Made by a program: the position numbers and the translations under genes. Positions 35,969 to 43,987 of a stretch of 64,000 nt of DNA are shown in pieces. Under the pieces are notes generated by a model. That model did not search any database and was not told where the DNA came from. It worked only from the letters and a program-made list of their open reading frames with translations. Where the stretch lies: IMG/VR virus record IMGVR_UViG_3300011989_000011, positions 1 to 64,000 of that record; one strand, written 5' to 3'. This stretch comes from a virus. Taxonomy: Duplodnaviria; Caudoviricetes. How positions within the stretch are numbered: position 1 is the stretch's first letter; every line of letters starts with the position of its first letter.

Positions 35969-36370
35969 ATGAAAGTTTACACAAGTTATTTCGCAAACGG
36001 CAAGAAGTTGCATGAAGCCGGAATCATGATGATCGGCATTGCACTTTTCCCACCGAAATGGTTTTATGGGGTGTCGTTGCAGCAAGTAGCTCCTACCAAT
36101 TCAATCCTTCACGAGGATACGGAAGAAAGGTACGTTGAGCGGTTTAAGAATGAGGTCTTGGCAAAGGTTGACCCCAAAGAGTTCATTGAAAACGTGATGA
36201 CATTCAGCAAGGGCAAAGATGTTGCTCTATGCTGCTTTGAAAAGCCGGGTGATTTCTGCCATAGGCATTTGGTTGCCGATTGGCTGAATGAAAAGTTAGG
36301 CTTGGGGGTCGAGGAATTTGGTGTTAAGGTTTCGAAGAATCCTCATTACACCGAAGGAAGCCTATTTTAA
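35969..36370 (+). CDS. DUF488-like protein
   Basis: MKVYTSYFAN..VAP..VALCCFEKPGDFCHRHLVADWL. Confidence 0.8.
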   Translation: MKVYTSYFANGKKLHEAGIMMIGIALFPPKWFYGVSLQQVAPTNSILHEDTEERYVERFKNEVLAKVDPKEFIENVMTFSKGKDVALCCFEKPGDFCHRHLVADWLNEKLGLGVEEFGVKVSKNPHYTEGSLF

Positions 36371-36437
36371 GCTTATTACGATTCCACATAAATGGCAAAG
36401 CGGAAAGACGCTTGACAGAAGGACAGACTTCTTCAAT

Positions 36438-36509
36438 GCGTGTGTGGTCTATCGGTTAGGACGCTGCACTTCTAGTACGGAAAGATAGGTTCGACTCCTT
36501 TCACACGCT
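36438..36509 (+). tRNA. Degenerate tRNA, anticodon UCU (Arg), with a Glu-like D-arm
   Basis: GCGTGTG/CACACGC acceptor; GTCT ATCGGTT AGGAC; CTGCA CTTCTAG TACGG; ATAGG TTCGACT CCTTT; one mismatch in each of two stems. Confidence 0.6.
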
Positions 36510-36516
36510 CTAATTT

Positions 36517-36589
36517 GCGTGGATAGCTCAGTTAGTAGAGCGGTGTTCCTCCAGAACGCAGGTCGTTGGTGCGGGTCCAACTCCACGCT
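36517..36589 (+). tRNA. tRNA-Gly(UCC)
   Basis: GCGTGGA/TCCACGC acceptor; GCTC/GAGC D-stem; GTGTT CCTCCAG AACGC; GTTGG/CCAAC T-stem; U73 discriminator; atypical C33 and T-loop. Confidence 0.7.
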
Positions 36590-36682
36590 CATGAGCTCAA
36601 TATGATACGATTAAAAGATTAGAACGGGTTATCTGAAAGACGTTTGAGAGGCGTGTAATGTAAGAGACCTGTTCTTTATTAT

Positions 36683-36801
36683 CTCCGAGTTAGTTCAAAG
36701 CGCTATGCTCGCAATCGGTAACACGAGGGTCGGTAGCAGAGGTGTGGTAGAATAACCCCAACACGTGAGGGGCGATGGTGGTTCGAATCCCCATTCGGAG
36801 G
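36683..36801 (+). ncRNA. tRNA-like element with a ~45-nt insertion in the D-loop
   Basis: CTCCGAG/TTCGGAG acceptor; GTTC..AGAAT D-stem split by an inserted hairpin; CCCC/GGGG arm; GG TTCGAAT CCCC T-arm. Confidence 0.4.
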
Positions 36802-36811
36802 CTATTAAGGA

Positions 36812-37537
36812 ATGTTGCCAATGATAGATGTTTTTAGTCCCGATTGCTTGTTTCCGACAGACAACAATTTGGAGATACCCGAATTGAGGTCGGATATGCA
36901 AGCTGAGTTCTGCGAGATACCTTTTGTGTGTTTCGGAGAAACGGCAAGGACATATCAGATGAAAGGCACGGGAACACTCCATTTCTACACTGATGATTAT
37001 AGGTTCAATAGTCTGTACGACCATCCCGATAAGATATTGCGGATGGACCCGTCAAACATCGTTGAGCCTAATTACAGCGTTTTCACTGACACACCTATCG
37101 CATTTGGCTTGCAAGCTATCTACAGAAAACGTTGGATAGCGAGGATGATGCAAGAACATGGTATAAGAGTCTTCGTTGATCTGAATGTCGCTCCTAAGTA
37201 TTACCAAGTCAATCTGTACGGAGTGCCACAAGGTTGGCGCAGTTTCTGCACGAGAGGTTCTGAAGACAGAATGAGCCAACTTGACAACGAGTTCAACCTT
37301 GCAAAAATGCGTAGGGGCGGTGATGATATCTTATTCGTTTGCTATGGTGGTGGCGAGAAATGTCGGGAATGGTGCCAAGTTCATCATGCCGTATATGTCA
37401 ATCCTCTCATCAACTACAAGAATAGTATTAAGCAGAAGAAAGAACTCTATAGGCAAGGTGTTTTCTTCTTTCAAGATGATATACCCGTAAAGACTGTAGA
37501 AAAGAAACAAGTTTACGACTATGCAGACCGACTTTGA
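36812..37537 (+). CDS. DUF4417-family protein
   Basis: LHFYTDDYRF..EPNYSVF..IYRKRWIA..G. Confidence 0.8.
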   Translation: MLPMIDVFSPDCLFPTDNNLEIPELRSDMQAEFCEIPFVCFGETARTYQMKGTGTLHFYTDDYRFNSLYDHPDKILRMDPSNIVEPNYSVFTDTPIAFGLQAIYRKRWIARMMQEHGIRVFVDLNVAPKYYQVNLYGVPQGWRSFCTRGSEDRMSQLDNEFNLAKMRRGGDDILFVCYGGGEKCREWCQVHHAVYVNPLINYKNSIKQKKELYRQGVFFFQDDIPVKTVEKKQVYDYADRL

Positions 37538-39590
37538 ACGTACTTTTGGAATTGAGATAGAAATGTGCAATGTAGACAGAGGGAAGATTTCTCTGCCTAA
37601 TGGCTATTCGTGGTCTAAAGACGAAAGTATATTCAATACGGATGGCAAATCAAGCAAACATTTTGGTGGAGAGATAAATACTCCTCCACTCCACTTATGT
37701 CAGAGAGATAGGAAAGACTTGCGTGACATCTATTCAGACTTGAAAGACAACGGAGGAAAAATAAAATGGAGCATTGATACCCATGTTCACATCTATGCAG
37801 GTGACCTTACGTTGGATCAGTTGAAGAATATCTTCTATCTTCTTTATTGGGATTACAAATTTGTCAAGAGGTATTGCCATATTGCCGATTGGGATGAAAT
37901 GGTCTTTAACGCTCAGCCACTTCCAACGGAAAACAAATATGATTTGGTAAAGAGAGCTGCTTCGTTATTTGATTTGGAGCATGCTTTTACCAATCAATCC
38001 AAGAAGAGTTATCTCAGATTAGCAATCAATATAGCTTCTTATTTTGTAAGGAAGACTATAGAGTTCAGATGCTTCCATGCTACAGATAATTTTGAACTTG
38101 TTGAGAATTGTGTAATAGCTTCATATAGAATGTTCAACTTTGCAGTTACTCATACCGAAGACGAAATTAAATCCATATCTTCTTATGATGAATTTTGCGC
38201 AAAGTTAAAGCTACATAGAGAAACGCCTCCAACTCTCACTCCGTTGATTTATCAAGGCAACCCATATAGTAGCATAGAGACGTTTATGACGAACTCTCTT
38301 CCCTACAACTCTAAGCAAGCATCATTGCTATACGAAGCTATCCAAAAGAATAAGCATACGGATATATGCGTTGTCAATGGTTTCATGTATTATTACGAGC
38401 TATTCCTATTGGATAAGATAAATGTGTCTATCTATTGCCAAGACGCTTATTGTTATCTGCTCTATCTGATAGCCAACGGAAAAGTTTGCCTTACATACAA
38501 GGATCGCCTTGAATGGTTGGAGGATTACAATGATAAATCGGTTAAGAGCCAGCTTGCCCTTGCTCTGTATGCTTCAAGCCTACAGAAGTTTCTTATGAGC
38601 AAGAGTTCTCGAAACGATGCAATCATAGAATCGCTTAAAATCAAGGCAAAAGAGTCTATTGAGAAGATAAAGATATCGAATGATAGACTTCTTCGATTGC
38701 TCACCACATGCGAGTTTAAGGTTGGGACCTTGCAAGATGCTATCAAAGACAAGCAGGTCATATTTTTCAACTACGGAGAAGATAAGAAGCAGAAGCGCAC
38801 ATTCAAACTCATCCAAGAGTGCAGTGATTTGGATTTGAACTTTGACCTAAAGCGTAATGATTATTACGACTTAGTAGAGAGCCTTCCGCAATCATCTTAC
38901 TTCTACTATTTCAGCAATAGTCCGTTTCTGAGCAATATGCACAAGCTCGCTATGATAAAATCATCGAATGGCGATAGGCGTTCTGCAGGCCGTTTCCTCT
39001 ATTGCAATAAGCCCACACCCGTCAATGATGTCTGCACATCATACAAGGAGTCGTTTGTCGATGTCAACGAGATAGTTCCGCCGGATGATTTGGTTATTGA
39101 CGACCCTAAAAAATTGAAGATTGCCAAATGCAATTCAAGCTATCTCTATTGCTTGCAGAAGAAGTATATCAAGAAAGTTGATATGGTAAGCAGGTGCACC
39201 TATGCTTTCGTTGTCATGTATGACAAGTACACACTCGGAGGTTTTGGATTCACCCTACCTCAGCATAAAGGCTATGATCTGTTTCAGTTGACAGATTTCT
39301 GCACCAACAATGAGATACCACGTCTGAGTAAACTGATATTGGTTTGCATCCAATCGGTAAGGGTTCAGATGGAGTTAAGCAGACGTATGCACAAACTATG
39401 TGAGAAGGTTATTTCATGTGCCTATACCCATAAGCCTGTAAGCATGAAGTACAGAGGTATCTACAAGAAAGTGAAGGAACACTGCACATCATCTTACCTT
39501 GCCTACGAAGGTGTTCTTGGGCAGTATGCAGATAACAAGGCTATCATTGCTAAATATCAAAATCTTTGTAAGAATGGGAACAGAAGATAG
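37521..39590 (+). CDS. Fusion: COOH-NH2 amidoligase domain, degenerate methyltransferase-like region and GNAT/Mom-like C-terminus
   Basis: TFGIEIE, GEINTP, THVHI, KTIEFR (amidoligase ExE/E/HxH/EFR); C-terminal GGFGF..LTDF..PRLSKL..SMKYRG; the last two domain calls are from memory. Confidence 0.7.
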   Translation: MQTDFERTFGIEIEMCNVDRGKISLPNGYSWSKDESIFNTDGKSSKHFGGEINTPPLHLCQRDRKDLRDIYSDLKDNGGKIKWSIDTHVHIYAGDLTLDQLKNIFYLLYWDYKFVKRYCHIADWDEMVFNAQPLPTENKYDLVKRAASLFDLEHAFTNQSKKSYLRLAINIASYFVRKTIEFRCFHATDNFELVENCVIASYRMFNFAVTHTEDEIKSISSYDEFCAKLKLHRETPPTLTPLIYQGNPYSSIETFMTNSLPYNSKQASLLYEAIQKNKHTDICVVNGFMYYYELFLLDKINVSIYCQDAYCYLLYLIANGKVCLTYKDRLEWLEDYNDKSVKSQLALALYASSLQKFLMSKSSRNDAIIESLKIKAKESIEKIKISNDRLLRLLTTCEFKVGTLQDAIKDKQVIFFNYGEDKKQKRTFKLIQECSDLDLNFDLKRNDYYDLVESLPQSSYFYYFSNSPFLSNMHKLAMIKSSNGDRRSAGRFLYCNKPTPVNDVCTSYKESFVDVNEIVPPDDLVIDDPKKLKIAKCNSSYLYCLQKKYIKKVDMVSRCTYAFVVMYDKYTLGGFGFTLPQHKGYDLFQLTDFCTNNEIPRLSKLILVCIQSVRVQMELSRRMHKLCEKVISCAYTHKPVSMKYRGIYKKVKEHCTSSYLAYEGVLGQYADNKAIIAKYQNLCKNGNRR

Positions 39591-40302
39591 ATGGAAATAT
39601 GCCAAGGTCGATATTAATCTTATCGACAATGCAGAGTTGAACGCCAACGAAATGACTGATGAAGATTACGCTCAGTTGCGTGACAACATCAGTAAGTCCG
39701 GCCTTAGCAGTGTGCCTGCTTGCTATAAGAAAGCTAATGGTCGCTATGTGATGATTAGCGGTCACCATAGGTTGGCAGCGTGCAAGGAACTCCACTACAA
39801 GACTATTGGCATTTTGTGGTGTTGGGAGAGTGAAATGACCCAAGACGAGATTATCGCTACGCAGCTATCCCATAACTCGCTTCACGGCCATGACAATCAG
39901 AGCATCTTGAAGAAGTTGTTTGAGCAAATCCATTCAGTAGACTACAAGCAGTTTGCCCACGTAAACATGGATGAGATAAAACCTGTCAGCACGGATGGTA
40001 TTAGTGTCTTCGCCATGAAAGAGAATTTCGTCTTCACGGTTATCCTCTACCCCGATTCATTCGAGAGTTTGGATGAGTTGTTTGGAGACATCAGAGAGCA
40101 AGCAAAGAAAAGCGATGCCCTTATCCTTGCAAGTGAGGAGGACAATGAAAAGAACCTCCTTAAACTGCAAACGGAGATAGGCAAGGAGTATGATATCAAA
40201 TCTCCAAGCATCACATTCGCCAAGTTGTTGGAGTTGGCAAAGGAACGTTTAATCGAATTAAGAGACAAGAAAGATGATTTGGATAATAATGACAAAAAGT
40301 GA
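39574..40302 (+). CDS. ParB/Srx N-terminal-domain protein
   Basis: LNANEM..LRDNISKSG..P..MISGHHRLAACKEL; ATG at 39574. Confidence 0.85.
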   Translation: MGTEDRWKYAKVDINLIDNAELNANEMTDEDYAQLRDNISKSGLSSVPACYKKANGRYVMISGHHRLAACKELHYKTIGILWCWESEMTQDEIIATQLSHNSLHGHDNQSILKKLFEQIHSVDYKQFAHVNMDEIKPVSTDGISVFAMKENFVFTVILYPDSFESLDELFGDIREQAKKSDALILASEEDNEKNLLKLQTEIGKEYDIKSPSITFAKLLELAKERLIELRDKKDDLDNNDKK

Positions 40303-41152
40303 TAAGGAGACTTACATCCTCCCTCACAAAGCAATACAGATAACAGAAGCTCTTGGGAAGAATAATCTGAAAGTCGTTTCAGTAAATAATGGTAACGAGG
40401 TTTATATGCTCGGTATCAAGAAAGATGATATTGTTATCTCAGAGACACGTAACGAAGGGGTCAATTTTGCTATTACTGAGATTTGCCGAGCTAACACTGT
40501 AGAAAGTAAAGAGACTATTCGCTTAACTAAGGATAAAGAGGCTGTTAAGCCTCTGCTTGCTGATGCTAACATACCTTATCCAAAATCTTATAGATACGAT
40601 GAAGCAGAGGAAGGACATTGTTATTTCGTCAAGCCGAAGTTTGGTGAAGATAGCAATATGATAGATGAAAGTTCGATCTGCCATAATGCTCGAGAAGTCC
40701 GCATAAAGTATCGTAAGTTAGTATCAGCAGGATGTAAGCCTATAATAGAAGACTACATTTACGGAGACGATTATACTGTAGCAGTAGCCAAATGCAATGA
40801 TTTGTTATGCTTTCCTATCAAGGTAAATCTTCTGCATAGCTCCATAATGACACATAAGGCCAAGTGGGATGAAGATGAGTTCTGCGAAGTTCCAGATTGT
40901 GGCGAGTTCGAAGAATTGAAACGATTAACTGCAAAGGCTTTCGATGCCGTTGGATGTAAACATTACATGAGGATAGATTTTCGCAAGGGTAATGATGGTA
41001 AGTTCTATCTGATAGACCTCAATCTGTTCCCCGGTCTTGGTCCAACAGACCATTTTGCAAAGTGTTTAGCTCTCAATGGCGATTTGAGCTACAAGCAGAT
41101 ATTGAATACTATTATATACACTACGGGAGGAAATCTATATGGGTTGCGTTAA
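40274..41152 (+). CDS. ATP-grasp ligase (D-Ala-D-Ala ligase-like)
   Basis: FVKPKFGEDS, IIEDYIYG, RIDFR, DLNLFPGL. Confidence 0.88.
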   Translation: MIWIIMTKSDKETYILPHKAIQITEALGKNNLKVVSVNNGNEVYMLGIKKDDIVISETRNEGVNFAITEICRANTVESKETIRLTKDKEAVKPLLADANIPYPKSYRYDEAEEGHCYFVKPKFGEDSNMIDESSICHNAREVRIKYRKLVSAGCKPIIEDYIYGDDYTVAVAKCNDLLCFPIKVNLLHSSIMTHKAKWDEDEFCEVPDCGEFEELKRLTAKAFDAVGCKHYMRIDFRKGNDGKFYLIDLNLFPGLGPTDHFAKCLALNGDLSYKQILNTIIYTTGGNLYGLR

Positions 41153-41498
41153 CAGAACAAAGAAAATCACCAACGAGGAGATTGCCACAATGTACGAGAA
41201 GAAAGGTGGCAATGTCTCAGCTACGTGTACTGCCTTGGGAATGGATCGCAAAACATTCTATAACCGCAAGGAGAAGAATAAAGCACTCAGAGACAAGATT
41301 AACGAGACGGATGAGAGCCTTATCGACTTTGCGGAGTCAAAGCTGATGGAACACATCAATGATGGCGATGTAACATCACTGATATTCTTCCTAAAGACCA
41401 AAGGTAAGAAACGTGGATATGTTGAAAGGGTCGAGAACGAGATTAGTGGAAACGCTTTCGAGAACCTTATGAAAGAGGTTACGGGTGAGGATAGTTAA
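41139..41498 (+). CDS. Terminase small subunit-like HTH protein
   Basis: GNVSATCTALGMDRKTFYN..DFAESKL..IFFLKTKGKKRGYVER; directly upstream of TerL. Confidence 0.8.
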   Translation: MGCVNRTKKITNEEIATMYEKKGGNVSATCTALGMDRKTFYNRKEKNKALRDKINETDESLIDFAESKLMEHINDGDVTSLIFFLKTKGKKRGYVERVENEISGNAFENLMKEVTGEDS

Positions 41499-41521
41499 TC
41501 CTCAACTTCTACAATTATAAA

Positions 41522-43036
41522 ATGTCGAGCGTAGCAGTAAAGAACAAAATGCGTGAATGGCGTAATGATTGGAATCTGTTTATCAAGGAGGTCCTAAAGG
41601 CTGACCTTGACAAGGAGCAGAAAGCTATTGTTGATGCCGTTCAGCATAATAAGATGGTAGCAGTAGCTTCGGGAACCGCACGGGGAAAAGACTTCGTAGC
41701 GGCTTGCTGTGCTATGTGCTTTCTCTATCTCACTCCTACATTCGACAAGGAAGGTAATTTGGTAGGCAATACCAAGGTTGCCATGACAGCCCCAACAGAT
41801 CGACAGGTGGGTAACATCATGGTGCCGGAGATTCGAAGACTTTTCAAGCACGCAAAGGTACTGCCCGGCCGTTTCGTTGCTCATGACATAAGAACTGATT
41901 ACGAAGAATGGTTCTTGACGGGTTTCAAGGCAGGTGATGATAACACTGAGGCATGGTCGGGTTTCCATGCAGTGAACACCATGTTCGTAGTAACGGAGGC
42001 ATCGGGTATCAGTGAGACGGTGTACAATGCTATCGAAGGTAACTTGCAAGGTAACTCACGAATATTGTTAGTATTCAACCCTAACATCAATATGGGTTAC
42101 GCTGCAAGGGCAATGACACAAGCACGTTTCAAGCATTTCAGACTTAACTCCCTCGATGCGGAGAATGTCGTGGAGAAGCGTATCGTGCACCCCGGCCAAG
42201 TAGACTATGACTGGGTGAAAGATAAGGTTGAGAACTGGTGTGAGCCTATCCAACAATCAGACTTCGATGAAGGGTTGGGAGATTTTACTTGGGAGGGTAA
42301 GACCTATCGCCCTAATGATCTGTTTCGTGTCAAGGTGTTGGGATTGTTCCCGAAGGTCAGCGAAGACGTACTCATCCCCTACGAATGGATCGAGCGTGCC
42401 AACCTACGATGGAAGCAAAAGGTCGAAAGCGGTTACAAGCCAAGGACACAAGCACTCGTTGGTATGGATGTGGCAGGTATGGGTAGAGATTCATCAGTTC
42501 TCTGTCCACGCTATCGTAACTTTGTTTCCAAGTTCGATGTTCATCAGTCGGGAGGTAAGGCAGACCACATGCACGTAGCCGGAATGGGTGCCAACTATCT
42601 CCGTGCTCACAAGAAGACGTTGTTGTTCATTGATACCATAGGCGAGGGTGCAGGTGTCTACTCACGATTGGAAGAGTTAGGATTCGATGAAAGAATATAC
42701 TCAGCCAAGAATAGTGAGAGTGCTAAGGGTCTTCACGATGTCACGGGAGAATACACCTTTGCTAACATGAGGGCTTATCTGATGTGGTGTGTTAGGGATT
42801 GGCTCAACCCTAAGAACGGCTTCAACGCTTGCCTCCCACCATGCGATCAGTTTGCAGAGGAAGCCACATCTACCAAGTGGAAGTTCCTCAGTAGTGGTAG
42901 TATCATCATAGAGCCAAAGGAAGATATTAAGGCAAAGATAGGTCGCTCGCCGGACTATATGGATGCGTTGGCTTACACGTTCTATCCTAACTACAATAAT
43001 TTGGATGCGAAAGCCATTTTGAATAAAGTGTTATAG
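41522..43036 (+). CDS. terL: Terminase large subunit
   Basis: SGTARGKD Walker A, VVTEASG Walker B-like, GMDVAGMGRD and RSPDYMDA nuclease motifs. Confidence 0.92.
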   Translation: MSSVAVKNKMREWRNDWNLFIKEVLKADLDKEQKAIVDAVQHNKMVAVASGTARGKDFVAACCAMCFLYLTPTFDKEGNLVGNTKVAMTAPTDRQVGNIMVPEIRRLFKHAKVLPGRFVAHDIRTDYEEWFLTGFKAGDDNTEAWSGFHAVNTMFVVTEASGISETVYNAIEGNLQGNSRILLVFNPNINMGYAARAMTQARFKHFRLNSLDAENVVEKRIVHPGQVDYDWVKDKVENWCEPIQQSDFDEGLGDFTWEGKTYRPNDLFRVKVLGLFPKVSEDVLIPYEWIERANLRWKQKVESGYKPRTQALVGMDVAGMGRDSSVLCPRYRNFVSKFDVHQSGGKADHMHVAGMGANYLRAHKKTLLFIDTIGEGAGVYSRLEELGFDERIYSAKNSESAKGLHDVTGEYTFANMRAYLMWCVRDWLNPKNGFNACLPPCDQFAEEATSTKWKFLSSGSIIIEPKEDIKAKIGRSPDYMDALAYTFYPNYNNLDAKAILNKVL

Positions 43037-43100
43037 TTAATTAGGTTAAGAAAGTTAGTAAAACGTTTGTAATTTGAAAGATTTTGATTATCTTTGCAAC

Positions 43101-43238
43101 GTTTCTTAATTACAAGGCCGATGGCACTCATTGCTCGCCAAGGCTGAGTAATTCTCTTTGTGCGTTCGCCCGTGACGGGTAGACGCACATTTTGTTTATG
43201 GGTAAAATAAAAGCCCAACCGATTGGTTGAGCCTTTTC
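43101..43238 (+). ncRNA. Candidate trans-acting antisense small RNA
   Basis: Own -7 box TATCTTTG at 43089-43096, no ORF, two hairpins and a terminator; 5' end and loop 1 are complementary to early-gene leaders. Confidence 0.6.
43209..43237. terminator. Bidirectional intrinsic terminator
   Basis: AAAAGCCCAACC GATT GGTTGAGCCTTTT between convergent units. Confidence 0.8.
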
Positions 43239-43715
43239 TTATTGTAGTGCTTCTGATTTCCTTTGTTCGTAGAGAACCTTTGCAGAATACTTGCCTACGT
43301 TCTCGAAGCTATCGTAATACTCCCCATTCTTCTTGAATAGTATGTTGAAGAAATGCTCCTTATTGTTTGGGAAGGTAAACTCCACTACGGTAGCATTGCA
43401 GTTGGCATCATCGGTGCCGAACCCCTCCACCAACACATCAAAGGCATTGACGGAGTTGATCGCATCAGTTATCTTTCTCAGTGAAGTGCTTGCCCACGCT
43501 ATGACATTCTGACTATTGGTGTCAAGCATCGGGTTATACGCTTTGATGTTCTTTGTCTTCACGATGGTGATGGTCGGGACCTTGCTTCCTCTGTCTATCT
43601 GCTGCTGAAAATACACATGGTTAAGATACTCCACAACCTTTGCGTTATCATTGCCACACGAGGCGAATAACAACACCACAAGCGAATAAAAAGCGAAAGC
43701 CAATAACTTCTTCAT
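43239..43715 (-). CDS. Lipoprotein moron with its own promoter
   Basis: Signal peptide with lipobox LFASC; TATATTTG -7 box on the minus strand just upstream. Confidence 0.8.
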   Translation of the reverse strand: MKKLLAFAFYSLVVLLFASCGNDNAKVVEYLNHVYFQQQIDRGSKVPTITIVKTKNIKAYNPMLDTNSQNVIAWASTSLRKITDAINSVNAFDVLVEGFGTDDANCNATVVEFTFPNNKEHFFNILFKKNGEYYDSFENVGKYSAKVLYEQRKSEALQ

Positions 43716-43800
43716 AGGAATAATTTTAGCGCAAATATAAGCAATTCTACGGCTCCTAAAGATTTCTATTCGTTAAACAATATTAAAAGTGAAATTAGGT

Positions 43801-43832
43801 GTTTGTTACTCAAACATTTTTAAGTAAATTTG
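43801..43832 (+). promoter_or_regulatory. Late (head) promoter with GTTTG-N5-CAAAC palindrome
   Basis: GTTTG TTACT CAAAC at 43801-43815; TAAATTTG at 43825-43832. Confidence 0.65.
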
Positions 43833-43987
43833 CGCAAGAAAGCGTGTGAAGATGCACGCAACAGAACTAATCGTAAACTTCATTGCTCTTAACATGAGAA
43901 GTGGTTCTACTCGATGATGGTCTGCTTGCGTCATGTACGCTCGCAGACCATTTTATTTATTGTTTTATTAATCTAAAGCTAAGAGTA

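Noticed and set aside
36397-36410. 14-nt match AAAGCGGAAAGACG to the att region (196-209) as a second att site
   Set aside because: Too short, lacks the T-arm and anticodon portion, and lies mid-genome; likely chance or a tRNA relic
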